Source: a virus (Duplodnaviria; Heunggongvirae; Uroviricota; Caudoviricetes). Taken from it: DNA of 64,000 bases. The stretch is from IMG/VR virus record IMGVR_UViG_3300046008_000242, positions 1 through 64,000 of that record. One strand, written 5' to 3'. The notes below the pieces were generated by a model. That model was not told where the DNA came from, did no database searches, and saw only the letters and a program-made list of their open reading frames with translations. Below, one piece after another: positions 9,586 through 19,068 of this stretch (position 1 is its first letter; every line of letters begins with the position of its first letter). The position numbers and the translations under genes are program-made.

Positions 9586-9912
9586 AATAAAGTCGAGGAA
9601 TACACTAGAATATAATAAAGTAATATTAAATGGCATTTAGAACATAACTCAAAGGATCGACATAGTCTATCATAATGGAGTTTCTCGAGAAAGGCAAGAA
9701 GTATCTTTCGTTGTATAATTCATGTTCGACGGATAAGACGTCTATTGGGATATCTTAATCATCGAAGGAATTATCTTAAGATTGTTTCGATGTGTCGAAT
9801 TATCTTAAGATGGATATAATTGTTGAATATGGAACGTAAATTTTACATGACATAGAGTTGATTGGATGATATACAGAACGTTCCACTATAGTGGATTATT
9901 GGACAAATAATG
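9586..9912 (-). repeat. Dispersed non-coding repeat R1
   Basis: Shared motifs ATAACTCAAAGGATCGACATAGTCTATCATA, CATCGAAGG, GACATAGAGTTGATTGG, CAAATAATG; internal promoter TTGCCT-N17-TATGAT (9697-9669). Confidence 0.9.
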
Positions 9913-9946
9913 AGGAATATACATTATATTCTATATGAATACAAAT

Positions 9947-10272
9947 AATAAAGTCGAGGAATACACTAGAAACAATGAGTAATAATTAAAACCAATTAAT
10001 GAACCTAACTCAAAGTGTCGACATAGTCTACTATAACGATGTTTTGTCGAAAAGTCAAGAGTTATTCGATTGTTGTATAATTCACATTCGATGATTAAGA
10101 TTACTCTTTCGATACAATAAACATCGAAAGAAACATCTTAAGACTCTTTCGATATGTTATATTACAGTAGACATCCATATTTGGACTATATGCAACGTTT
10201 ATTTTACATGATGTAGAGTTGATTGGAATGTATATTAAAGATTCCATTAAGATTGATTATTGGACAAATAAC
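9947..10272 (-). repeat. Dispersed non-coding repeat R2 (tandem with R1, period 361 bp)
   Basis: Same motif order; promoter TTGACT-N17-TATAGT (10058-10030). Confidence 0.9.
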
Positions 10273-10318
10273 AGATGGTTTAATGTTTATTCTTAGATGA
10301 ATAATGATAAATTGTATC

Positions 10319-10358
10319 CAATAAAAATCCCGAAGGAACTTTTGGTTCTCAACGGGAT
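10319..10358 (-). terminator. Intrinsic terminator downstream of R3 promoter
   Basis: ATCCCG...CGGGAT hairpin followed by TTTTATTG on minus strand. Confidence 0.7.
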
Positions 10359-10422
10359 CGAAAGATTTTATATGGGAAAATTGATGTAAATGAATGACTA
10401 AGTTATGTTAAAATAAGAATAT

Positions 10423-10741
10423 AGAAGACACTAGAATATAATAAAGTAATATTAAAACCACCTAATGGATATAACTCAAAGGATAGACTATGTCGATCAT
10501 AGTGGAGTTTCTATGTTTTCGAAAGGACTCCGAGACGATGTATATTACATACTCGATGTCTAAGATGATTCTTTCGATACCAATAACATCGAAGGGTTCA
10601 TCTTAATAATGTTTCGATATGTTGGATTAACAATAGGTGTCTATATTTGGAGTTTAAACAACGTTAAAAATGTATGACATAGAGTTGATTGCTCCGTATA
10701 TTAAAGATTCCACTAGAGTCCATTAACGAGCAAATAATGGA
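10423..10741 (-). repeat. Dispersed non-coding repeat R3
   Basis: Same motif order; promoter TTTCGA-N17-TATGAT (10524-10496). Confidence 0.9.
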
Positions 10742-10761
10742 TGTTATAAGAAACCTTTAAG

Positions 10762-10801
10762 CAATAAAAATCCTCAACCAACTTTCCAGTCAATTGAGGA
10801 T
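10762..10801 (-). terminator. Intrinsic terminator after HNH gene
   Basis: ATCCTCAA...TTGAGGAT stem + T tract; identical copy at 11979-12018. Confidence 0.7.
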
Positions 10802-10809
10802 TCATATGT

Positions 10810-11481
10810 TTAATTGTGGGATTCAGCTAATTCTCTCAACAGAGATAATCCATATTCAAATTTGGTCATAACCTTAACCGGTTCTACCATGACAACGGGA
10901 TCCAATTGTAGATTGATTGGTTTATCCGAATCTTTCAACCATCTACTATTTGCTTCGAAGTAATATCCTTTCTTATCTTTAGATTCCACCTTAATGTTAT
11001 TGGTTCCATCGTTATTAAATCCTTCATGTAATCTTGCTCTTGTTTCCTTCAACCATTGAATTGCTTGTTCCTTCTCATCAAGTTTAAAGATCTTCTGAGT
11101 TGGAACCCTGTTAATTGAAACTCTGGCAACATAGAATCCTCTCTTGTCTAATGATAACCCTTTGATTCCAGTTGTTGAATTCTTACTCAATTTTGAATTC
11201 ATCTTATTCTGTTGTCTAGTTGCTTCTCTTAGATTATCCCAACGTAAATCTGACTGATTGTTATTTTTGAAGTCGATTTCATGTTCAGGAAATTTGCCTG
11301 TCATATAAAGCCAAGCCAGACGATGAGCAAGATAAGATGTTCCGTCGATATTGATTTTGGTGTATCCAGTTCTTTTGTCAACAGACCCTTTACGTTTTCT
11401 ATCCAATTTACCAACGATAACGCCAGCTTCTGGTTTGTATTCAAATCTTGCTCTAAATTGTCCTGCCATTAAAATTGCCAT
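10810..11481 (-). CDS. HNH endonuclease with AP2-like DNA-binding domain
   Basis: YLAHRLAWLYMTG.FP..EIDFKNN...LRWDNLREATRQQN..N; NSTTGIKG; canonical ID-H His replaced by Phe. Confidence 0.85.
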   Translation of the reverse strand: MAILMAGQFRARFEYKPEAGVIVGKLDRKRKGSVDKRTGYTKINIDGTSYLAHRLAWLYMTGKFPEHEIDFKNNNQSDLRWDNLREATRQQNKMNSKLSKNSTTGIKGLSLDKRGFYVARVSINRVPTQKIFKLDEKEQAIQWLKETRARLHEGFNNDGTNNIKVESKDKKGYYFEANSRWLKDSDKPINLQLDPVVMVEPVKVMTKFEYGLSLLRELAESHN

Positions 11482-11551
11482 GTTTAAATCCTCTAGTAGT
11501 TAAAGATTTCTATTATATGTTTTAAATTCAAGTTCGAAAGATAAATCTTAT

Positions 11552-11590
11552 CCAATAAAAATCCAGATTGAGTTTTGACTCTTTCTGGAT
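11552..11590 (-). terminator. Intrinsic terminator downstream of R4 promoter
   Basis: ATCCAGA...TCTGGAT stem + T tract. Confidence 0.65.
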
Positions 11591-11656
11591 CGAAGGATTT
11601 TATATGGGAATATGTTGTAAATGATAGTCTTAATATGATTAGTTAATGTATAATAA

Positions 11657-11960
11657 GAGTCTAGATAACAATATAGTAATATTAAGTGACCTAAAGAACA
11701 TAACTCAAAGGATCGACATAGTCTATCATAGTGGAGTTTCTACCATTTCGAAAGGAGTTTAAGACGTTGATAGATACACATTCGATGTTAGATATTACTA
11801 TTTCGATACCAATAACATCGAAGGAATCATCTTAATACTGTTTCGATACTGAGGTGTCTGTAATTGCTCACCACTGCTCGTTTAAATTGTATGACATAGA
11901 GTTGATTGGGTTGTATATTAAAGATTCCACTAGAACCAATTAACGAGCAAATAATGGATG
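11657..11960 (-). repeat. Dispersed non-coding repeat R4
   Basis: Same motif order; promoter TTTCGA-N17-TATGAT (11753-11725). Confidence 0.9.
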
Positions 11961-12029
11961 TTATATGAAACCTTTACGCAATAAAAATCCTCAACCAACT
12001 TTCCAGTCAATTGAGGATGCTTTATTATT

Positions 12030-12317
12030 TTACTTCCAATCTTTTTCAATAATAGATTGAGCGTCGCTTTTAGTTGATGAATCCGGTAAAGAAGTTATTT
12101 TTTTCCATAATTCTTTAGCTTTAACCATTTTTGGATCTTTACTGGTGACGTCTTTACCAATACCTAACAATGTTTGGAATTTATGCTCGGATTCAAAATC
12201 GTTAGATTCCGCACCAAATGCAATTGATGCTGCTTTCTTAATATCAACACCTTCGACCAATTGTTTACCAGCAAATTCTTCCATTACCAATGCTTGAAAT
12301 TCTTTAAATGTACTCAT
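12030..12317 (-). CDS. Putative internal head protein
   Basis: N-terminus MSTFKEF resembles T4 internal-protein capsid-targeting sequence; AAGGA SD before 12317. Confidence 0.55.
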   Translation of the reverse strand: MSTFKEFQALVMEEFAGKQLVEGVDIKKAASIAFGAESNDFESEHKFQTLLGIGKDVTSKDPKMVKAKELWKKITSLPDSSTKSDAQSIIEKDWK

Positions 12318-12587
12318 GTTTGTTTCCTTAGTTTGTGTCATTTCTGACGTTAATTTTAAATAAGATTCAATCTTATTTATTGCGTTAAATTCAATTCTAT
12401 TATAATCGATTAAGATTATATCGAAAGACTTTTAATGTATTTATTAAATCTATCTTCATGTATCTGATTATAACAGTAATAACATTTCCAATATCCATTG
12501 AAGATTCCTTTCCTCAATCTATGATATTCTAATGCGTCTGGTCTAATCGATCTACATTCATCTAATGTCTTAAACAAGTAATTTCGA

Positions 12588-13898
12588 TTATCCATATACG
12601 TTTAATTCATTCAATTCCTTAATATACATCTTGACTGCGGTTGTCTTAGACAAAGTCGAAATCTCCTTATTCAGTTTATCGATATACAAATCCAACTTCT
12701 TAATATCATCCGCAGTCAAATTGTAAATTCTAATCTGTAACAATTCATCAACATTCTCAAATCCTTCAAACATCAATAATGATTCAAGTTCCTTCTTTGA
12801 TTTACTTGAGAACATCTTAGCATTTTCAATATAGAATTGGATAAATCGTTTCTTCTCAACAGACCAATTCAAATCATCTGTCAACATTTCTAATTGCTTG
12901 ATACGTCGTTCATCGTACTTCTTCAATCTAAAATCAACAAAATGTTTAACAATATCTTGAGTGGTTCCAAACACCTTAATCTTACCATTTTCATCCCATA
13001 ACGTTAAGTTCTGGGACATTGGTGATTCTAATTTGAATTTCTTGATAATCTCTTCATGAGATAATTTGTCGATTGGTTTGGTTGTTGTAATAAGGAAGTC
13101 GAATGATTCTTCGGTTGATGTATTCTTGAAATCTTTGATAAATCCATCATCTTGTAATTTAAACAGATGTTTCTTATACGTATCATTGAACATTCCAATA
13201 GGAAGTTCCGTTACATGAATCTTAGTTGGTGATATAATTTCATAACAACCTGTTACAAGGAATTTGGATTCATCCTTTCTAATAGTTCCTCTGAATCCTT
13301 TATACCATGGGAGTAATTCTTCTGGTTGTCTGTTTTCCAAGATGGAAAGGATGTTCTGTTTGATATCATCAGGATTGTAATTTAAGATAGTTGACGCAAA
13401 TCCTGTGCCAACACCAGTTGCTCCGTTGATTAGAACATTTGGTAAGATTGGAATGTAATATCTAGGTTCAATTGATTCACCATCATCTTTTAGAAATTCT
13501 AGGATGACATCATCTTCCTTCTTGAATATCTTACGGAAGACTGATGAGAATTCAGTGAAGATATATCTTGGAGCAGCGGATTCTTTATCAAGTCTTGACC
13601 CAAATTGTCCGTTTGGTAGTAAGTAATTAACATTATTAGACCCTGGATAATTTCTAGCCATGCCAACCAAAGTTGTGTTAAGACTGTCTTCGCCGTGATG
13701 GTAGTTGGAAACTGATGCAATTGAACCAGAAAGTTGCACCACTTTTGCTTCACCAGAGTTCTCGCCGCGTTTAATCATACCATAGATACATTTACGTTGA
13801 GACACTTTGAATCCGTCGATTACGTTTGGAATAGACCGTTGGCAATCATAAATTGAAAAATGGATGAATTCGTCATTGAAAAATTGTTGCACTTTCAT
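12588..13898 (-). CDS. 52: DNA topoisomerase II medium subunit gp52 (GyrA-like)
   Basis: RSIPNVIDGFKVSQRK, YHHGEDSL, GQFGSR, SAAPRYI catalytic Tyr. Confidence 0.96.
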   Translation of the reverse strand: MKVQQFFNDEFIHFSIYDCQRSIPNVIDGFKVSQRKCIYGMIKRGENSGEAKVVQLSGSIASVSNYHHGEDSLNTTLVGMARNYPGSNNVNYLLPNGQFGSRLDKESAAPRYIFTEFSSVFRKIFKKEDDVILEFLKDDGESIEPRYYIPILPNVLINGATGVGTGFASTILNYNPDDIKQNILSILENRQPEELLPWYKGFRGTIRKDESKFLVTGCYEIISPTKIHVTELPIGMFNDTYKKHLFKLQDDGFIKDFKNTSTEESFDFLITTTKPIDKLSHEEIIKKFKLESPMSQNLTLWDENGKIKVFGTTQDIVKHFVDFRLKKYDERRIKQLEMLTDDLNWSVEKKRFIQFYIENAKMFSSKSKKELESLLMFEGFENVDELLQIRIYNLTADDIKKLDLYIDKLNKEISTLSKTTAVKMYIKELNELNVYG

Positions 13899-13906
13899 AT
13901 TTTATC

Positions 13907-14512
13907 CTAAATTACCTTAGAAGAAATTACCATACGTTTCATTAAATGTTTATTTGTTTCGCCCCATATATTAGAAGTTTGTTTAAAATCTTTCCAATGT
14001 TCTGGAGATTTCATCTCAATAAGTTCTTTTGTCTGGAAATCGAAGAAATAAATGTTTAATTCTTTGGCAAAAGCCTTGCTGATACATTTTTCCCAAAATC
14101 GTTTACCATCAAAACTTTGTTCAGAATCTGTGACAATAGTTTTAAAAACAGGTAACAGATATTCAAATAACATTTTAGCAGGAATTCCGTCTAGGTATAA
14201 CTCATCAGGACTAGCCCAAACCGCAGATTGCCAAACGTATTGACCTCCAAGTTGTTTCTTATTATCAACTTTGTAAATCATATTATATGTAATCTGTTGG
14301 ATTTTGTCATCTAAACAGAAATAATTACCACCAGATTTATACATAGATGCGTGTTCATTGATTTTAAAAATCAATTTCTTATGTCTATCTCGTTTCATCT
14401 CAAGATAAAATTCCTTATTACTATTCTTATCTTCTAATTCCACTGGACTCCAATGACCAATCAATTTTGGCATCTCATTTAAAACCTCAACATATTCGCT
14501 AAACGATGACAT
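13907..14512 (-). CDS. Hypothetical protein, possible internal head protein
   Basis: AAGGAG SD; N-terminus MSSFSEYVEVLNE. Confidence 0.7.
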   Translation of the reverse strand: MSSFSEYVEVLNEMPKLIGHWSPVELEDKNSNKEFYLEMKRDRHKKLIFKINEHASMYKSGGNYFCLDDKIQQITYNMIYKVDNKKQLGGQYVWQSAVWASPDELYLDGIPAKMLFEYLLPVFKTIVTDSEQSFDGKRFWEKCISKAFAKELNIYFFDFQTKELIEMKSPEHWKDFKQTSNIWGETNKHLMKRMVISSKVI

Positions 14513-14569
14513 ATTATTCTCCTTTTTATTTCAATTATATTCTTTATTCTTTTCATTTAAAAGATATTT

Positions 14570-15103
14570 CTATTCGATGTTCAACCATTGTTTACGTAAA
14601 TCCGCTGAATCAGAATTCTTGCTGAATGCTAATTTGATTGAATTTGAATCATGAATATCTTCAATTGTATATTGGACCAAGTTCTTATCAGAATTTGCTA
14701 GATATCCTTTGAAATCTTTTGCTGTAGATGTACCTAATCCTTTGAAGTATTTTGATGTAAATTTCTTTGTGTTAGTTGATTTCCATTGGTCAAATTCATT
14801 CTCATTGTAAAATTCTAATATGTCTTTACCAATAGTTACCTTAATCAAAGGGGTTCTGAATCTATAGATGTATCCAAGTTCAAATAATTCAGGCCAGAAC
14901 GTATGGAATATGTTGATTAACAATCCAATGATATGAGATCCATCGCAATTATGAGTTAAAATGTAATTCGTTGAATCTTTATGTCTGACGTAAAATGTAT
15001 GATGGTCTTTGACTGTCAAATCATATGTTGTAATTGTTTTAGTGATTTCTTCAATTTTATCAATATTGCAGATAATGTAATCTTCTAAGTTAAATTCGTT
15101 CAT
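14570..15103 (-). CDS. Split-intein C-fragment (52 aa) fused to topoisomerase II large-subunit C-terminal part (gp60-like region)
   Basis: YDLTVKDHHTFYV...LTHN|C intein blocks F/G then CDGSHIIGLLINIF, YFKGLGTS. Confidence 0.93.
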   Translation of the reverse strand: MNEFNLEDYIICNIDKIEEITKTITTYDLTVKDHHTFYVRHKDSTNYILTHNCDGSHIIGLLINIFHTFWPELFELGYIYRFRTPLIKVTIGKDILEFYNENEFDQWKSTNTKKFTSKYFKGLGTSTAKDFKGYLANSDKNLVQYTIEDIHDSNSIKLAFSKNSDSADLRKQWLNIE

Positions 15104-16341
15104 AATTTTATTAAAATTCCTTTGTTTAATTTGGCGTGTTCGACAGCTTCGATTATTTTGTCTAATGATATTGATTTAGATGTTTGTTCCCAAATTACAA
15201 TTATACTATAATTTAATTGTAAAATTTTATCTAATCGTAAATCGTCAATAATCCATTTTTCGGAAGCGGATAATTTCAAATTTTTATTAAATTGTTCAGG
15301 ATGCCATATGGATGGATTACAATGCCAATAATCTCCAAAGAATTCAATAATTACATCTTTATCTTTCAATTTAGCGTCAACGGATAGATTTCTAGGTTTG
15401 AAATCTATCTTATATTCTCTTTCCAATTCATACACAGTTTCAATTCTATCTAGAAATCTATCGCTTGATTTCGATTTAGTTGTACCTAATGTAGAACGTT
15501 TTCGATTATCTTTATGTAATTCCCATTTAATCTTACCTTCTTCAACACCAAATTTGTTAATGAAGAATTGTTCATTATTTGCATTATTTTTACTAATTTT
15601 ATCGCATCGTTCATCGTATTTAATTTTACCAATTTCATCACCATATCTAATTTTATAATCTGGTAAAGAAACTGTTTTACCTTCCCAAGAATAATTTGGA
15701 TCGTAAATACAATCAGAAACTTTCATAGATTGAGCTTCTTTGAATGGTATTTTATGAACCATACTCAAGAAAATGGTAGAACCTCCTATTTTTGACCATA
15801 ACAATTTTGAATAAGGTTTTTCAGGCCAAATTTTATTGAATGTTTTTATTTTACATTCTTCGGTATTACAAAAATAATTGATATGAGATCGTTTGAAAGT
15901 TTTATTTTTAAAATCATACTCATATTCTATATTGTTTGCCAATTTATCACAACATCCGCATATTTCATTTTCATTGAATGTATCTTTATCAAGTTCTGTG
16001 AAAAAGGTTTTAACATAATCAGTCAACTCCCCGAATCCACATTTTGAACTTTTTAAATGCACCGCAACATACGTTGAATTAACTTTCATATTCAATTTCG
16101 CATTACAATGTTCGCAAATCCATTCTTCTTTTTCATATGGTTTACTGAAATGGAATTCTTTGGAAGAAGAATTCCATTTTATTTCCTTCAAATTCGATTC
16201 ATATAAAAATTTATCATCTTGGAAATTTTTACATTTATAATGGAAATGTGTTGTACAATAATCTAAAACATTATGATGTTCTGTTATATGTTTCGTCAAA
16301 TTGTCAAATAAATTATTACATTCTAAACATTCACGTTTCAT
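15100..16341 (-). CDS. Free-standing Vsr-like (PD-(D/E)xK) homing endonuclease between split-intein halves
   Basis: C-terminal VDAK...VIIEFFGDYWHCNP...D..R....Y.IIVIWE; N-terminal CxxC motifs; ATGA overlaps with both neighbours. Confidence 0.85.
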   Translation of the reverse strand: MKRECLECNNLFDNLTKHITEHHNVLDYCTTHFHYKCKNFQDDKFLYESNLKEIKWNSSSKEFHFSKPYEKEEWICEHCNAKLNMKVNSTYVAVHLKSSKCGFGELTDYVKTFFTELDKDTFNENEICGCCDKLANNIEYEYDFKNKTFKRSHINYFCNTEECKIKTFNKIWPEKPYSKLLWSKIGGSTIFLSMVHKIPFKEAQSMKVSDCIYDPNYSWEGKTVSLPDYKIRYGDEIGKIKYDERCDKISKNNANNEQFFINKFGVEEGKIKWELHKDNRKRSTLGTTKSKSSDRFLDRIETVYELEREYKIDFKPRNLSVDAKLKDKDVIIEFFGDYWHCNPSIWHPEQFNKNLKLSASEKWIIDDLRLDKILQLNYSIIVIWEQTSKSISLDKIIEAVEHAKLNKGILIKL

Positions 16342-18101
16342 GATTTCTTTTTTAAAATTTTATCTGTTGATTTTATGTCTTTAAACATAACTTTAATGAT
16401 TTTACCATCTCTCCAAATTACATGTTTATGTTCTGGAGTACCTTCGATAATATCTTCGCCAGAGGTGATTCGAATTACCGTATCTGTTGATTTCATATTG
16501 ACATATTCAACTGGTTTGTATTCATTCAGATGCGTCAACACGTTATCTTCCAATGGATTAACATCAGAGATAAGTTTTTCACCTTTATCCGTCAATACAT
16601 AATGTTCTTCCGTAATACAATCCGCATCAGTGAGGAAACACATCTTACCAAATCTCAATGGACTCATTGGTGTAACTTGTTCACCGAGTTTCAATCCCAT
16701 GATGGTTAAGATACTTTTGAATTCAGTATTCTCCATCAGTTTCTTGGCATCGATATCCGTTACATTTAATGGTTTACCTTTTAATGAAAATACTCCATGT
16801 AATTCAGGATCTCTAGCTGACATAATGGCACTGGAGGCTGAATTCCCCTCTGTTAGGAAGAGGATGCACTTGCTTCTATCTTTCTTCTCATTGGCATCCT
16901 CAAATTTGTCTACTCTAGCTGGATTCAATTTGTCCACAGACTTGTTCAACTTTCTTAATTCAGCATTCTTAAGAGCATTTTCCTTTGCTTCAGCCCAGTC
17001 TAAAATTGATTGTACAATACTTGATTCAATTATCTTTTTGATGAATTTATCGGATACAACAAATGATGTTCCAAATGTTTTTGGTTCATTAATTAGATCT
17101 TCTTTGGTCTGGCTAGAATATCTTGGTCTAACAATGTTACAATTGATGAACAGATTGATATGATTTTTAATCTCTGATGGTTTAATATCAATTTTATGTT
17201 TCTTTGTGATATATGTTCTTAATTTGTTTACAATTTGGTCTGAAATATATCCAACATGATTACCACCGATATAGGTTTCCGTATTATTGACAAACGATAC
17301 ATGAGAGAAACTTCCATCAGATTTGCTTACACCGATTTGCCAATTTTCATTTTGTTCAAAAATGTAATCATCAGTGTATAGTTTGATGTAGTCTTCAAAC
17401 GACTTAATTTCAATACGTTCTTCATTCAGATAAATCTTCAATTTCGAATTACACGCGGCAACATCATATACTCTTTTGACTAATTTGTTATAATTATCCG
17501 AATCAATACCATTCATCCCAAATCTAACAAAATCTGTATCATAAGTGATTTTGGTAAATTTCTTGGTTGATTTTTTAACAACAGGTTCAGTTTTATCTTT
17601 TGAATTGTTTGAATGTGTCTGAGTAAATTCTAATTTACCATCTGCGGTGTTGACAATAAATTGATTTGAGAAGATATTGGTGAGAGCCGAACCTTCTCCA
17701 TTTTGACCAGTTAAGAAGTCATCAGAATCATCATCAAAATTTGAACCTGATTTTAATTCGAAAATCATTTCAGGGATATATTGTTGATGTTCCTTATGTA
17801 TAGCAACAACAATACCACCATTATCTTCTACAGAAATAGTTCCTGTATCTCTGTCCACATTAACTTTAATGGTATTGAGATGCGACCCTTCAGCAGTTTT
17901 AGAAAAATCAACGGAGTTTGAAATAATCTCATCGAAAATCTTAATGAATGCTGGATTCCATGTTAATTCTTTCTTCTTGAATTTTGAATCTTCCAACACA
18001 TATGAATCTGACGTATGTGGATTGATGGAACCGATGTATCTTCCAGGGCGTAATAATACATGTTCAAGGTCGGTAAGTTTTTTAAATTTTTGTTCAATCA
18101 T
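16338..18101 (-). CDS. 39: Topoisomerase II large subunit gp39 N-part fused to split-intein N-fragment (last 93 aa)
   Basis: EHVLLRPGRYIGS, FDEIISNSVD, DNGG, GQNGEG, LTEGNSA, LKGKPLN, TDAD then CITEEHYVLT (block A) and GTPEH (block B). Confidence 0.95.
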   Translation of the reverse strand: MIEQKFKKLTDLEHVLLRPGRYIGSINPHTSDSYVLEDSKFKKKELTWNPAFIKIFDEIISNSVDFSKTAEGSHLNTIKVNVDRDTGTISVEDNGGIVVAIHKEHQQYIPEMIFELKSGSNFDDDSDDFLTGQNGEGSALTNIFSNQFIVNTADGKLEFTQTHSNNSKDKTEPVVKKSTKKFTKITYDTDFVRFGMNGIDSDNYNKLVKRVYDVAACNSKLKIYLNEERIEIKSFEDYIKLYTDDYIFEQNENWQIGVSKSDGSFSHVSFVNNTETYIGGNHVGYISDQIVNKLRTYITKKHKIDIKPSEIKNHINLFINCNIVRPRYSSQTKEDLINEPKTFGTSFVVSDKFIKKIIESSIVQSILDWAEAKENALKNAELRKLNKSVDKLNPARVDKFEDANEKKDRSKCILFLTEGNSASSAIMSARDPELHGVFSLKGKPLNVTDIDAKKLMENTEFKSILTIMGLKLGEQVTPMSPLRFGKMCFLTDADCITEEHYVLTDKGEKLISDVNPLEDNVLTHLNEYKPVEYVNMKSTDTVIRITSGEDIIEGTPEHKHVIWRDGKIIKVMFKDIKSTDKILKKKS

Positions 18102-18152
18102 TTTTGTTTCTCAGTTAAATTTGAAAATGAAATTATAATATAGATTGTTATT

Positions 18153-18980
18153 TTAACCAAATAAATCTTCTTCCATGTTTGAGTACATACATTCTGAAAC
18201 TGTATATTCATCAATCCTATTTGGTGAAGAATTACGCATTGTTCTTATGGTGGTCTTATTAAAATTTGGTAAGAAATCATGACTTGTATCGGTATATACA
18301 ATATCATTATTGGAATTAGTAACAAAGTTTATAAATTGCTTGAAATAATCTTCGGAAATGGTTTCATATGAACCTTCCTTTGCTATATATGGTGGATCTA
18401 GAAACATAAATGAATTGTCTGGTAAGTTCAACTCAAAGAAATCTAAATTGTAAATCTCAGCTCTTGATAATCTGGAATTGATTAAATTGAATTCGCGTTT
18501 ATCCAATATCTTACCCCTCTTACCACACCCTTGATTGAATCCATTAGGTCCAAATCTTGCCATACTATTGATGCAAGCATTATACAATGTAAACAAATAG
18601 AATCCTTCTAAATTTGAATCAGTTTTATAATGTTCCATATTGAAGTAATTCCTGAAATTGTAATAGGTTTCTTTCTCTTCAATATCACCAAAATCGCGTT
18701 TAACCGTTAATAATGAATTTTCATATTCAGAATAATCTCCATTTTTAAACGATTTGAAAATAGTTGTAACATTTCTATCTTTATCATTTAAGATATAGTT
18801 GTCAAATTCTTTCTCAAGATTAAGGAAAACCGAACCAGAACCTAAAAATGGTTCAACATAGATTTTCTTGTCAGTCTTGTTAATTTCCCTATTGATTAAA
18901 TCAACATACTTAATCTTTGTTCCCATGTAATTGAAAAACTTTATCATATCATCCTCTAAGTAATTTATGAAATTATACAT
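18153..18980 (-). CDS. dam: DNA adenine methyltransferase (Dam/D12 class)
   Basis: YMGTK, YVEPFLGSGSVF, LDPPY motifs; start probably MIKFF. Confidence 0.88.
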   Translation of the reverse strand: MYNFINYLEDDMIKFFNYMGTKIKYVDLINREINKTDKKIYVEPFLGSGSVFLNLEKEFDNYILNDKDRNVTTIFKSFKNGDYSEYENSLLTVKRDFGDIEEKETYYNFRNYFNMEHYKTDSNLEGFYLFTLYNACINSMARFGPNGFNQGCGKRGKILDKREFNLINSRLSRAEIYNLDFFELNLPDNSFMFLDPPYIAKEGSYETISEDYFKQFINFVTNSNNDIVYTDTSHDFLPNFNKTTIRTMRNSSPNRIDEYTVSECMYSNMEEDLFG

Positions 18981-19023
18981 CTATTGTTTAGAATAGTAAA
19001 GATAATTATAGATTTTCGATACT

Positions 19024-19060
19024 CAATAAAAATCCCATCAACTTTTCAATTGATAGGATA
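19024..19060 (-). terminator. Intrinsic terminator after uvsW
   Basis: Hairpin + T tract of the same family as other terminators. Confidence 0.6.
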
Positions 19061-19068
19061 TAATAAAT

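Noticed and set aside
9586-12018. CRISPR array interpretation of the repeats
   Set aside because: Units are ~350 bp and homologous throughout, with no short identical repeats separated by unique spacers, and no cas genes are present.
14570-15103. T4 gene 60-style translational bypassing
   Set aside because: The ORF is continuous; the extra N-terminal residues are explained by the C-intein.
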